Positions 37,901 through 46,284 of a DNA stretch of 46,895 nt are shown here, piece by piece. The notes beneath the pieces were generated by a model. It did no database searches. It saw only the letters and a program-made list of their open reading frames with translations, and was not told the origin of the DNA. Source of the stretch: a virus (taxonomy: Duplodnaviria; Caudoviricetes). Positions within the stretch are counted from its first letter, which is position 1, and every line of letters begins with the position of its first letter. The position numbers were made by a program, and so were the translations under genes. The stretch lies in IMG/VR virus record IMGVR_UViG_3300048599_000916, positions 1 to 46,895 of that record; one strand, written 5' to 3'.

Positions 37901-39273
37901 GAGGAGAACAGCCTTCTTATTATGAAAAGATAGTCAAGTATGAATGGCCTGAGACACTTAAAAATCCACCTAAAACTGTTTTAGCTAAATATCGCTTAGA
38001 CGAATTTTACAATTATGAACAATTCGTAGTAGTTAATGAGTATACTGGTGAATTGTCTTTTTATTTAAAAGAGATGCCACAGTCGTGTACTGTTGGTGGT
38101 TTTACCTGTTCAAGTCATCCTATTGATATACACTATTTAAATAGAGAAAGACCCAATGATGGTTACGAAGATGAGCCACCTCTTAAAAGTTATTTTGAAT
38201 ACGTTCCACTAAGTAGTACTGGAAAATGGCATAGGTTAATACCTAAAACTTTATTCCCACAATCACCGGGCGGTCATGGTTATGGTGAGGCATGGATGCA
38301 CATGTCAGATGTTACAACCAATAAAATAATTACCATATTAGATTCAGATGATGCCCCCGAGGAGTTCTTTAATGTAGCTTTTATTCACGTTGATGCGCCA
38401 AGAGATATAACCACCGACAATAAGCCGCCGACACCTAAACCTATACATCATTACAATCCATATACAGTGCTATATTATGCTTTGCCATATTATCTATTAA
38501 CAAAGGAGCAGCAAGATGCCATTCCTTTTTGGAATAAATATGATAATTACTCTGCAAATGACAAAGTTAAACATTTTGTAAATGGGAAGTATCATTTATA
38601 TAAAGCTCTGGAAAATATAACAGGAGATGAGAGCAATGTATCTCCAAATGCTGACCCTACAAAATGGGAATGGCAGAAGCCTTATGTTCAGCTTAGACTT
38701 TATGCTACTTCGTGCCTTTGTCAAGATGTAAGCAACCCTGTGCTTTATAAACTTATTTGCAGCAATCCTGCTTATTCAACAGAATTTACAGGGGACAGAA
38801 ACAAGATGATAGAATTGAAACGTATCGAACCTATCATAGTTGCAGCCATAAATGTATATTCTTACGATCAATCAATTAATGGCAGGGTTATTAAACTTTA
38901 TTACACGGGCAATCTGCAAGCTGAAGCAGGTGACAAAATAGAATTAATAAGAGGTTTCAATAATCAATTCGAAGGGGTGTATCAAATTATCGAAGCTGGA
39001 ACAGATAGCAACGGAACTTATATTACTTTTGATTTTTCTTCGTGGAGTGATGATTTTGAAGGCATTCAATTGTCATGGACGCTTATTTTAAATCGAAGTA
39101 AAACATATAACCATGCTCAATGGCTGATTGATGGATTTGGAGATTTAACATTTGCGTTTCAGGCTAGAGACTCGGCAAATACTTGTCAGGGAGTTCCAGA
39201 CAATTATACAGAAGTTGGCAATGCTCTGCATCCGCAAGAACCAACAGATTACATAAATTATTGGGATAATTAA
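34939..39273 (+). CDS. Large tail tip / receptor-binding protein with CBM5/12-like repeats
   Basis: 1444 aa, last late gene; repeated W..Y..G..V..Y.A..P..W units. Confidence 0.65.
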   Translation: MEKNQKYWQRFDWEKFRQDVRVKKCHPIINSLAYDDLRRLAVVLNFSNPGQYDSSFYQYSSAAIPLNPNAAYLQSPTPFKYKADYEVSTFDMSHGMGTPTGANGEQKVYSGRWLRWKNRYEIPRTACYCKDTTNGTKDWSPTESYLIGFIKFYKPNGNLYTALQNNTNNPPVKADGTPDTNNWSLFFAGPPCCYWDNTKDRIQSKIHPDTWIINSNYSKGITVSWQGAWQLKDVLPAIVKNIPPHLWKGDTWGGGQYPKGKLVLDNNSPNIKVYRAIQKIINTSQNQTIESTHPEQLPSYWQRVPELDIYWTKLNTEWNTSNSAWQLVTDSGNYINDFSNNFPGKVMYFDIKLDTGADDIEEFVITEDVECHPSLFFPKQVLPTEQYEHIIRAYKEQDFATFSGIVNDRYAKDNKCKVPLSQLHITDPSTLGPCYEARSRVSYYKRWSETRNLWVWGMRDVDGNNILAQHTTKMWNFPGNQYCNYGGAIRYNTPAGQGGTWSENPKITGALQNHLEVILSDACWRYPANGIFSANWRLIKALGSSDPSNSEQSDWDAYPLVTDECWGENESGIELFLKISGLYDWYYDDEFVYTPSSMRKIAIRHEIAPFNPNNTPSESQLNSQWKLIPVATLRRGFHNTMGRYRNFMRAMERDSDVSSFRKQAWNPSFTPYTYGINYNGSSGGAYTYDASAKWFGSRINEVPAINKFDDYFTSITPQKVKGIQWRANQPYKKGTIVNHNSISYFAKQDVSDLTNNPASNNQYGKLPIYSFTVSGNRVSSSTETDNLKVGWMLHLCDGSSDLISLDSDNMKSLYIVDLKYNEIEGKTYVTMNEEICKGTQNNNTYFSTIGWSKNISERHDGTGATYSFDNNYVMTSKIHYTCKPELLLEMFDLIKLAKYKDVSVNRTTAGNSFAMGTVYGSCGGQAYRAKELLASQLLANINDYNMDNGFSSSIQIPGDYNTTVDVGAAVGGEEPIEVGSFSNCGDVRGEQPSYYEKIVKYEWPETLKNPPKTVLAKYRLDEFYNYEQFVVVNEYTGELSFYLKEMPQSCTVGGFTCSSHPIDIHYLNRERPNDGYEDEPPLKSYFEYVPLSSTGKWHRLIPKTLFPQSPGGHGYGEAWMHMSDVTTNKIITILDSDDAPEEFFNVAFIHVDAPRDITTDNKPPTPKPIHHYNPYTVLYYALPYYLLTKEQQDAIPFWNKYDNYSANDKVKHFVNGKYHLYKALENITGDESNVSPNADPTKWEWQKPYVQLRLYATSCLCQDVSNPVLYKLICSNPAYSTEFTGDRNKMIELKRIEPIIVAAINVYSYDQSINGRVIKLYYTGNLQAEAGDKIELIRGFNNQFEGVYQIIEAGTDSNGTYITFDFSSWSDDFEGIQLSWTLILNRSKTYNHAQWLIDGFGDLTFAFQARDSANTCQGVPDNYTEVGNALHPQEPTDYINYWDN

Positions 39274-39298
39274 AAGTTTTTCACCACACCTCCGGTTT

Positions 39299-39338
39299 TC
39301 GCCCTGTTTGTCGCAAGATTAGCAGGGCGATTGCTTTT
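39299..39338 (+). terminator. Late-operon terminator
   Basis: TCGCCCTGTT / AGCAGGGCGA plus TTGCTTTT. Confidence 0.7.
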
Positions 39339-39505
39339 AAGTAAAAATTCCTTCTTATACCGGCCAATTTTAAGAACTACCGCCTTCGTCCATACGAATC
39401 ATCATAAAAAGCAAAAACCTCTTATATCGCATCCTACGCCGTTTATGGCTTTACGGACATAATCGGGAGTTTACATGCTATAAATTTTAAGAATTTTAAT
39501 AAAAA

Positions 39506-39560
39506 TGCTAAAAAAAGCTAAAAATTGCTTGACTTTTATACAAGAATAGACGATAATCTA
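39506..39560 (+). promoter_or_regulatory. TGCTA-box promoter of the right accessory operon
   Basis: GCTA 39507, GCTA 39517, GCTTGACT 39527; N17-GATAAT. Confidence 0.7.
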
Positions 39561-39608
39561 TATATACAGTTAAGGAATTAAAAACATTTTTTTAGAAAGG
39601 TGACTCTT

Positions 39609-39830
39609 ATGGCAACAAAAAGAACAATAAATAAAACAACAAAAAGACCAAACGCTTTGAGAATTTGCGGGGTAATCGCTTCCATAGTTAAAGAATTTGA
39701 CGGAGAAAAGGAAACAACCGCTTGCATCGAATCGAAGAAATATCGTTATACCTTCTTGAATGCACAGCAGGCCGAAAAGCTGGGCAAACAATTACTTGAA
39801 ATGTCAAAATATTTGAAAGCTCAAAAATAA
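39609..39830 (+). CDS. Small hypothetical protein
   Basis: AAAGGTGACTCTTATG initiation region. Confidence 0.7.
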   Translation: MATKRTINKTTKRPNALRICGVIASIVKEFDGEKETTACIESKKYRYTFLNAQQAEKLGKQLLEMSKYLKAQK

Positions 39831-39868
39831 CATTTACAAATAACATTTGCAACAGAAGGGATGCTCTT

Positions 39869-41542
39869 GTGAATACGTTAGATAAGATAAATTTATTAAA
39901 GGAATCAGGACAGGATTTTGAATGGTACCCTACAACTAATGAAATGATTGCAGCCGTTTTCGAAGAATGCAAAGGCGATAGCAATATATCTATGCTTGAT
40001 ATAGGTGCTGGGGATGGCAGAGTACTCGAAAGAATAGATAAGCTATATTTCGATTATTATAAAAATAAAAATCAATGGCTCGAATTTCGTAGCAGTGTCA
40101 AAAAATATGCTATTGAAAAAGCAGAATTGCATATACAAAAAATGCCTCAAGATATTAGTATTGTTGGCACCGATTTTCACCTGCAAACTTTAATTGACAA
40201 AAAGGTCGATGTTATTTTCTCTAATCCGCCGTATTTGGAGTTTGAGGAATGGGCTGTAAAAATTATCAAAGAAGCAAACGCCGAAAATATATATCTGATT
40301 TTGCCTGCGAGATGGAACAATTCAAAACTTATCCAGCAGGCCATAAAGCAACGTAAGGCAAGCAAAAAAATTATATGGACAGGTGATTTTTTAGAGTCGG
40401 ATAGGTCATCAAGGGCGAAGGTCGATATTATTCAAATCTCAATTAACCCGGGAGATAGGCGCAATTCATGGAATAATCACAGAGATGTAAGCAACCCATT
40501 CGATGCTTGGTTTGATGAATATTTTGCGGGCTTTGGTAGTTTGGATCACACAGAGGATGAAGATTTAAACTATTCAAAGAAGAAAGCAAAATTTTCCGAG
40601 ACCGTAAATAATCTTGTTGATGGGCAAAATCTTATTGAGCGTCTGCATAGCCTTTATACCGCTGAAATAAAAACACTGTTAGGCAATTATACTGCATTGT
40701 CTAATCTGGATAAAGAGTTACTAAAGGAACTCGGAGTACAAATTTCAGAAGTTAAAAAAGGATTGAAGCAGAAAATTGAAGGATTGAAAAATAAATACTG
40801 GCAGGAACTTTTCAGCCATTTATCAGAAATCACAAAGAAGCTGGCTAGCAAATCAAGAACCGAGATTTTAGAAAAATTAAATGCAAGCTGCAATGTTGAC
40901 TTCAATCCAGATAATGCCTATGCGATAGTTATTTGGACTATTAAGAACGCAAACAAGTACATCAATAATCAGCTTGTCGATATATTCAAAGAACTTTCAG
41001 AGCCGGAGTGTGTTAAAAATTATAAATCAAATCAAAGGACTTGGGAAAAAGACCGATGGCGATATAAACAAGAAAAAAATCATACTCATTACATGCTGGA
41101 TTATCGCATTGTTTCAAATCACTGTTATAAAGCTATTCATAACGGCGATTACACTAAATGGGAAAATCCTAATAATTTACATAAAGAGGCACACGATTTT
41201 ATAAATGATATTTTCACTATTGCCAACAATCTTGGTTTTTCAAATAACGCTAATACGCATCATTACGGCGATTGGGAAGCCGGTAAAGCTGAAACTTTTT
41301 ATTGTTCAACAGATAAAATCTTGCTTGAGGTCAGAGCGTTTAAAAATGGCAATCTACATTTCAAGTTTAATCAGGATTTCATAAAAGCCCTGAACATCGA
41401 AGCAAGCCGCCTTTTGGGCTGGATTAAAACGCCGGAGCAGGCTGTTGATGAAATGGGTGTTGAATTGACATTTGCAAGAGCAAAATTCAAGTCAAACCTT
41501 CTTATTGGTACGATTGAAGGCCGTAAATTATTGGTTGGATAA
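39869..41542 (+). CDS. Amino-methyltransferase fused to a DUF4942-like domain
   Basis: EWYPT, LDIGAGDG, FSNPPY; C-terminal VRAFKNGNLHFKF. Confidence 0.8.
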   Translation: MNTLDKINLLKESGQDFEWYPTTNEMIAAVFEECKGDSNISMLDIGAGDGRVLERIDKLYFDYYKNKNQWLEFRSSVKKYAIEKAELHIQKMPQDISIVGTDFHLQTLIDKKVDVIFSNPPYLEFEEWAVKIIKEANAENIYLILPARWNNSKLIQQAIKQRKASKKIIWTGDFLESDRSSRAKVDIIQISINPGDRRNSWNNHRDVSNPFDAWFDEYFAGFGSLDHTEDEDLNYSKKKAKFSETVNNLVDGQNLIERLHSLYTAEIKTLLGNYTALSNLDKELLKELGVQISEVKKGLKQKIEGLKNKYWQELFSHLSEITKKLASKSRTEILEKLNASCNVDFNPDNAYAIVIWTIKNANKYINNQLVDIFKELSEPECVKNYKSNQRTWEKDRWRYKQEKNHTHYMLDYRIVSNHCYKAIHNGDYTKWENPNNLHKEAHDFINDIFTIANNLGFSNNANTHHYGDWEAGKAETFYCSTDKILLEVRAFKNGNLHFKFNQDFIKALNIEASRLLGWIKTPEQAVDEMGVELTFARAKFKSNLLIGTIEGRKLLVG

Positions 41543-41570
41543 TTCAGAAAATTTTCACGGAGGTTAAATA

Positions 41571-41753
41571 ATGTATCAGAATAGAATCGTTAAAGCTGGC
41601 AAAGCAAATAGAGCTAATGACGAAAATGGATTTGCAAAGTTTAACAGGCCAATGCGAAGGCCTGTTGAAACCTGTGTATGCCTTTGCGATACGTGCATTA
41701 ATACTTGCCGGTGCAGGGCAATATCTTGTATTAATTATTCTTTTGAATGTTAG
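41571..41753 (+). CDS. Small Cys-rich protein
   Basis: GGAGG RBS; CVCLCDTCINTCRC. Confidence 0.5.
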   Translation: MYQNRIVKAGKANRANDENGFAKFNRPMRRPVETCVCLCDTCINTCRCRAISCINYSFEC

Positions 41754-41763
41754 GGGTAAAGTC

Positions 41764-42150
41764 GTGGATTCTTTAATTTCAATCTTATTGCCCTTATTGA
41801 TGCGAGCCGAAAGCAGCGGCGGAAATCCTAAATATTTTGTCGGTGATGCAGGCAGGGCGCTTGGAGCTTATCAAATCCATGAAGATTATTGGCAAGAAGG
41901 CTGCGAAGTCTTAGGAGTGAAGTGGGATTATAAAAAACACGCGATGAATAAGAAGAAGTCGGCAGTCATTGTAAGGGCGTATCTTGCGAGGTGGGGAAAG
42001 CATTACGAAAAGAAAACAGGCAAGCGGGTCACAATAGAAGTCCTTGCCCAAATTCATAATGGCGGCCCTTACGGATGGAAACAGCAAGCAGCACATTCAT
42101 ATTGGATCAGCAAAATCAAACCTCAATTATCAGAGAAAGGGAAAAAATGA
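41764..42150 (+). CDS. Lysozyme-fold endolysin candidate (destabilase/transglycosylase-like)
   Basis: AESSGG..GDAGRALGAYQIH..YW..IHNGGP; start chosen at GTG 41764. Confidence 0.75.
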   Translation: MDSLISILLPLLMRAESSGGNPKYFVGDAGRALGAYQIHEDYWQEGCEVLGVKWDYKKHAMNKKKSAVIVRAYLARWGKHYEKKTGKRVTIEVLAQIHNGGPYGWKQQAAHSYWISKIKPQLSEKGKK

Positions 42151-42566
42151 AAGTAGACAAAACTATATTTGATGGACTCGAAAAAGAGTTGAGAGGTATT
42201 TCAAATATTTGTCGCTTAGTTAAGTCAGTATGCGGTCATTTAGATTGTGAGTATTCAATTATTCAGGATTGTTTATTGATTGAGGATATTACGAATTTTG
42301 GCAAAGAAGATTTTGGACATATAACTTTACCTAAAAAACGATTACAAGTAGAAGCCGTTCAGAGGTTGCTTTATTGCAGCAGAGCGGCTTTAACAGTTAT
42401 CAAATACGAAACTTTTTTAACATTTCAAGATATAAATTCTGTATCTGAAAGAGTGTCTGATATTTTGAGCAAATACAGAAAAATAAAAGGCGATGAAGTA
42501 ACCTTAGAGTATGATGATGATAACAAAAAAATAAAAAACACTTTAGAAACGGAGGAATTTATCTAA
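42147..42566 (+). CDS. Hypothetical protein
   Basis: ATGA overlap with the upstream gene. Confidence 0.55.
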   Translation: MKVDKTIFDGLEKELRGISNICRLVKSVCGHLDCEYSIIQDCLLIEDITNFGKEDFGHITLPKKRLQVEAVQRLLYCSRAALTVIKYETFLTFQDINSVSERVSDILSKYRKIKGDEVTLEYDDDNKKIKNTLETEEFI

Positions 42567-42901
42567 TGCGAAACATGAGTTTTATGATGACCACTGCACA
42601 AATGCAGAATGAAATTAAATCAGTTACCCGCCGTTTTGGTTGGTGGACTTTAAAGGCTGGCGATAAAGTCATGGCTGTTAAGAAAGCTATGGGGCTGCGA
42701 AAAGGGGAGCAAATGCAAAAGCTGTACCCTATTGAAATTGTCAGTGTCAGGAAAGAGCGTCTTTGCGATATTACAAAAGCAGAGTGCATCAAAGAAGGCT
42801 TTCCAGATTTTGAGCCGAAAGATTTTATCGAAATGCTCTGCAATCATTACAATGTCGAGCCGACAAAGGAAATTAATCGAATCGAATTTAGAAAGGTTTA
42901 A
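42566..42901 (+). CDS. ASCH/PUA-like protein
   Basis: KSVTRRFGW..LKAGD..DITKAECIKEGF..RIEF. Confidence 0.75.
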   Translation: MRNMSFMMTTAQMQNEIKSVTRRFGWWTLKAGDKVMAVKKAMGLRKGEQMQKLYPIEIVSVRKERLCDITKAECIKEGFPDFEPKDFIEMLCNHYNVEPTKEINRIEFRKV

Positions 42902-42902
42902 A

Positions 42903-43304
42903 ATGGCAAAATCGCAAATTGACATACAAGAAATAATCAAATGGGCGGCAGAGAATCAAGTTAAAATCGGCAATTTTGGTATTGATGATAGGGCTGGCGG
43001 CTGGCTGGCGGTAGTAAAACTTTTGGAGCTATTAGTACTTGATAAAAATCTCAAAGGCAACAAAGGTATTGAAAAAGTTTTAAATGTCATATTGGATTTG
43101 AAATTAACTATCGCACAGCAGACTAGTAGGATTGAAAAACTTAAAACCCTGCTTGATGATATGGAAAAAGGTTGTACCAGTTTAAGGTTTGGCGGGGTTT
43201 GTGAATGCAAAGAAGAAACTGTATGCGAATGTAAAAAACATAAAAAAGTCTTAAAAGAAATTATTGAGGCAGAAATCAATCTGCCAGAAATAGCAAAAGA
43301 ATAG
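42903..43304 (+). CDS. Hypothetical coiled-coil protein
   Basis: GAAAGG RBS. Confidence 0.55.
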   Translation: MAKSQIDIQEIIKWAAENQVKIGNFGIDDRAGGWLAVVKLLELLVLDKNLKGNKGIEKVLNVILDLKLTIAQQTSRIEKLKTLLDDMEKGCTSLRFGGVCECKEETVCECKKHKKVLKEIIEAEINLPEIAKE

Positions 43305-43392
43305 AGCCTGCACCGTTAAAAAACTTCTTGACAACGGTTAAATATCGGTGAAAATACGTTCAAGATGTATTACAGCTTGAAAGGTTTCATTT

Positions 43393-43638
43393 ATGCCGTT
43401 TTGTCCAAAGTGCGGTCACAGATTAGACGATGTTAATGCAACTGTCAGCGGCGGAGTTCAGACGATAGAGCTTCGCAGTAAAAAATTAAAAGGCAGGCAG
43501 ATAGCTTTCTTTATCATTATGATAGCTGGCACGATTACAACGTGCGTAGGCTTGTTACCTGTCGGAATCCCTCTTGTGGCAATTGGCGTTCTTGGTGTTA
43601 TTTACACAAGAATTATGATGTGGTGGAATCACAGTTAA
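43393..43638 (+). CDS. Zinc-ribbon two-TM membrane protein (moron-like)
   Basis: FCPKCG plus two TM segments; own TTGACA at 43328. Confidence 0.7.
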   Translation: MPFCPKCGHRLDDVNATVSGGVQTIELRSKKLKGRQIAFFIIMIAGTITTCVGLLPVGIPLVAIGVLGVIYTRIMMWWNHS

Positions 43639-43640
43639 TT

Positions 43641-43711
43641 GGTGGACACTTTCGGTAGACACTTTTAAACGCAATAGCGTTTTGTATGAACGGCAACGCA
43701 CTGGTATGAAC
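43641..43711 (+). repeat. Candidate integrase arm-type and Xis sites
   Basis: GGTGGACACTTT / GGTAGACACTTT (43641, 43654); GTATGAAC x2 (43684, 43704). Confidence 0.6.
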
Positions 43712-43787
43712 TCGATAAGGTTCTTTGCTAAAAAGACTTAGAATCTTAAAGCCTTGTGTAGCAAAGTCTTAAAAAAACTACAAAACT

Positions 43788-43831
43788 GCTCGACACGCAT
43801 GAGGCCACAAGTTCAAGTCTTGTACCGCCCA
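43788..43831 (+). other. attR: 3' half of tRNA-Val(GAC)
   Basis: GACAC anticodon-loop remnant, T-arm ACAAG-TTCAAGT-CTTGT, acceptor strand ACCGCCCA; no D-arm or 5' acceptor strand. Confidence 0.85.
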
Positions 43832-43835
43832 TTTG

Positions 43836-43872
43836 AAAAACCCTATTTCTGCTTCAGGAATAAGGTTTTTTT
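43836..43872 (+). terminator. Terminator downstream of the tRNA fragment
   Basis: AAAAACCCTATTTCTG / CAGGAATAAGGTTTTT. Confidence 0.7.
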
Positions 43873-44126
43873 GTATTTTTAGACTTCTAAAATAGAGCAA
43901 TCTAATTTCCAGCGGCAATCCAGCGGTAAAGTCCAGCCCACTTTGAGTCTACAGGTAGTGTATAGTCAGTCTATTTTCAAAATTAAAAGATTTATTATTT
44001 GAGAAGAAGGTAGGTGGTTTTTAGTTCTTAGAAATTGATTGTTGACTTGTGGAGAGGAGATATAATTAGGGGTGTATGAGCAATTATACTAAAGTTAAAT
44101 AAGCTACATACTGAGAAGGGTTGATA

Positions 44127-44501
44127 ATGAAAACGAAGGTAGGATTTTTGATATTAGGACTGGTTGTCGGAATCTTCATCGGCTTTTTTGTCGGATGGTT
44201 TCATAATGCCTATTCTGTTTTGGGTACAAGCGAAGAGTTTAGATTTTGTAATTGGAATTTAGAACATCAAGATAAGTTGCAGCCGCAACTTAGAGAATAT
44301 CTTAAAGCTCGACTCTATTGGACTGCCTTGGCGTATGTAAAGAAGGGTTATTATCCCGAATATTCAAATTTCGACTATGGGCCAGTGGATGAATCTTTAC
44401 TTGAAAATATTGAGTGTTACAAGGAGTTAATCAGTCATAAAGAAGTCTATGAGATGGCTATAAAAAAACACGGTGCATCAAAAGCAAAGCTTATAGAATA
44501 G
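44127..44501 (+). CDS. Membrane-anchored hypothetical protein
   Basis: N-terminal TM segment. Confidence 0.6.
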   Translation: MKTKVGFLILGLVVGIFIGFFVGWFHNAYSVLGTSEEFRFCNWNLEHQDKLQPQLREYLKARLYWTALAYVKKGYYPEYSNFDYGPVDESLLENIECYKELISHKEVYEMAIKKHGASKAKLIE

Positions 44502-44575
44502 TGCTTGATAGCAGGGTAGCGAGAGGAAAAGTTTGAGCATTGGGAGGATAGATGGTAAACTTTTAAGGATAAAAA

Positions 44576-44977
44576 ATGAATAAATTGCTTTATATTTCAT
44601 TATTATTATTTTTTACTTTAAATTTAACTTCTTGCAAAAAAAGTGGTGCAGAAATGGATGTAGAATTCGCAGCTTTCAGGCTTATACCTGAGCAACAAGA
44701 CCCTTGTAAAACTTCTACCCCACCAAATGACCTCCAAATAAACCTTAAAGAATCCGGCATTCCTTTCCGAATTGAAGAAATCAAATTAACAGCCGAAGAG
44801 GCAAAGAACCATCCTGATGCTTGTGACCTTTTTGGAAAAGATAATGTAGATAATCCGAGAGAAGTTGTTATTTATAAATTTTTTACATATCACAAATATG
44901 AACAACAAGCTGCGGCTGTCCTTGAAAAGTTAATGCAAACATATGAAGCAAAAGAGAAGCAGAAACAAGTTCGGTAG
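44576..44977 (+). CDS. Predicted lipoprotein
   Basis: Lipobox LTSC after a hydrophobic signal. Confidence 0.65.
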   Translation: MNKLLYISLLLFFTLNLTSCKKSGAEMDVEFAAFRLIPEQQDPCKTSTPPNDLQINLKESGIPFRIEEIKLTAEEAKNHPDACDLFGKDNVDNPREVVIYKFFTYHKYEQQAAAVLEKLMQTYEAKEKQKQVR

Positions 44978-45014
44978 TTTTAAATCTTGATTGTTGGTTT
45001 TTCTTTGTTCTTTT

Positions 45015-46220
45015 TCACCCAACACATATTTTTTCCAGCTCCTTAACAGCTCTTTCCTCATTAGCATCTGAACTTTTTAAATAATATTTTTGACAGGTAG
45101 CTATATTTGAATGTCCCATTAATTTCATAAGAGTATGCACTGGTGTCCCTGCATTAGCTAAATTAGTAGCATAAGATTTTCTCAAACAGTGAATTGTCAT
45201 TTTTTCATTAAATTTTATACCTGCATCCTTACATCTTTTCTTGAAATTTTTAAGAGCATTTGGAAGTACATCTCTAAATATCCAATCACCAGCTCTATTT
45301 TTATCAATATATTTCTCTTTCCAACAAAGCTTAAGCTCTTCAAATCTTGCTTTCGTTATAAATACGAAAGGATTGCCTGTTTCCGCCTCATCCTGTAATT
45401 TTGTAAGTATATCAATAACCTGTTTTGGCATAGGAACTGAACGTTCTTCATAATCTTTAATTTTAAATGGCGGTATTTCCTGAGTTGCTGTTCTGTTTAC
45501 AAGTGTTATTTTGTTTTTCTCAAAATCAATATTAATTCCATCCCAGAACAGATTAAGAGCTTCTGCTAATCTTAAACCGCAGAAATACATAACTGTATAA
45601 AGTGCTTTTGTTCTTAAATCTTCAGTTTTATCTATTATTGCTTTAAATTCTTCAGGACTGAAATAGTGCCAATTCTGTTTTCTTATTTTTCCTGATTTTA
45701 TTCCTTTAAAAGGATTCCTTCTCAAATAGTCCCATTCCATGGCAACATTAAATATTTTTTTGCAATGACGGAGATGTTTATCTCTGGCAGAATCTGATAG
45801 CTGTTTACCTTGCTCTATATAAAATTGTTTAGAAAAATTTACATTTGCTATGAATTCCTCAGCATCTTCCTGCTTTATTTTTTTAATTGAAACAGTAGGG
45901 CAGAAATATTTCAGCAGTTCATTGATTGTATGTTCATATCCTTTGAGAGTCAGGCTTGATAAGGAATTTTTACGAGTAGAAATGAACTTATCTGTTAATT
46001 GTTTTAACGATATATCAATATTATCTCTTGGAAGACCTGCATTGAATTCTTCTTTGAGTTTCTCAATGAAGTTCTCTGCATCTTTTCGCTTAGTAAAACT
46101 CTTAGAATAACGTTTTGATTTGCCGATTTTGGGGTCAAATTCGCCTTCCCATCTGACCAGATAAGGTTTGGTTCTTATAGGTCTTTCATCCTTCTGTAGA
46201 TATATTTTATGAGTGCTCAT
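45015..46220 (-). CDS. int: Tyrosine integrase of the second element
   Basis: GLRLAE, HCLRKSYAT, LMGHS..YY. Confidence 0.93.
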   Translation of the reverse strand: MSTHKIYLQKDERPIRTKPYLVRWEGEFDPKIGKSKRYSKSFTKRKDAENFIEKLKEEFNAGLPRDNIDISLKQLTDKFISTRKNSLSSLTLKGYEHTINELLKYFCPTVSIKKIKQEDAEEFIANVNFSKQFYIEQGKQLSDSARDKHLRHCKKIFNVAMEWDYLRRNPFKGIKSGKIRKQNWHYFSPEEFKAIIDKTEDLRTKALYTVMYFCGLRLAEALNLFWDGINIDFEKNKITLVNRTATQEIPPFKIKDYEERSVPMPKQVIDILTKLQDEAETGNPFVFITKARFEELKLCWKEKYIDKNRAGDWIFRDVLPNALKNFKKRCKDAGIKFNEKMTIHCLRKSYATNLANAGTPVHTLMKLMGHSNIATCQKYYLKSSDANEERAVKELEKICVG

Positions 46221-46284
46221 AATTTTTTAGTCCTTAAGCAGAGGCCACACACTACCGCTAATTTAATTAGTGGCAAGTGAAAAG

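Larger units (their letters stand above)
1..43831. mobile_element. Temperate siphovirus prophage integrated at tRNA-Val (attL lies upstream of the window)
   Basis: Integrase at the left end, ordered early, packaging, head and tail modules, and a tRNA 3' fragment with repeats at the right end. Confidence 0.93.

Noticed and set aside
34939-39273. Diversity-generating retroelement or invertible tail-fibre cassette
   Set aside because: No reverse transcriptase, no invertase, and no TR/VR-like repeat pair seen by eye
2243-43279. Numerous minus-strand ORFs in the six-frame track
   Set aside because: They are shadows of well-supported plus-strand genes and lack RBSs or motifs
43379-43395. GAAAGGTTTCATTTATG as a fifth sRNA target
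   Set aside because: Matches the 3' arm but lacks the CTCTT core needed for the 5' arm
43760-43831. Intact tRNA gene
   Set aside because: No 5' acceptor strand (GGGCGGT) or D-arm upstream; only the 3' half is present
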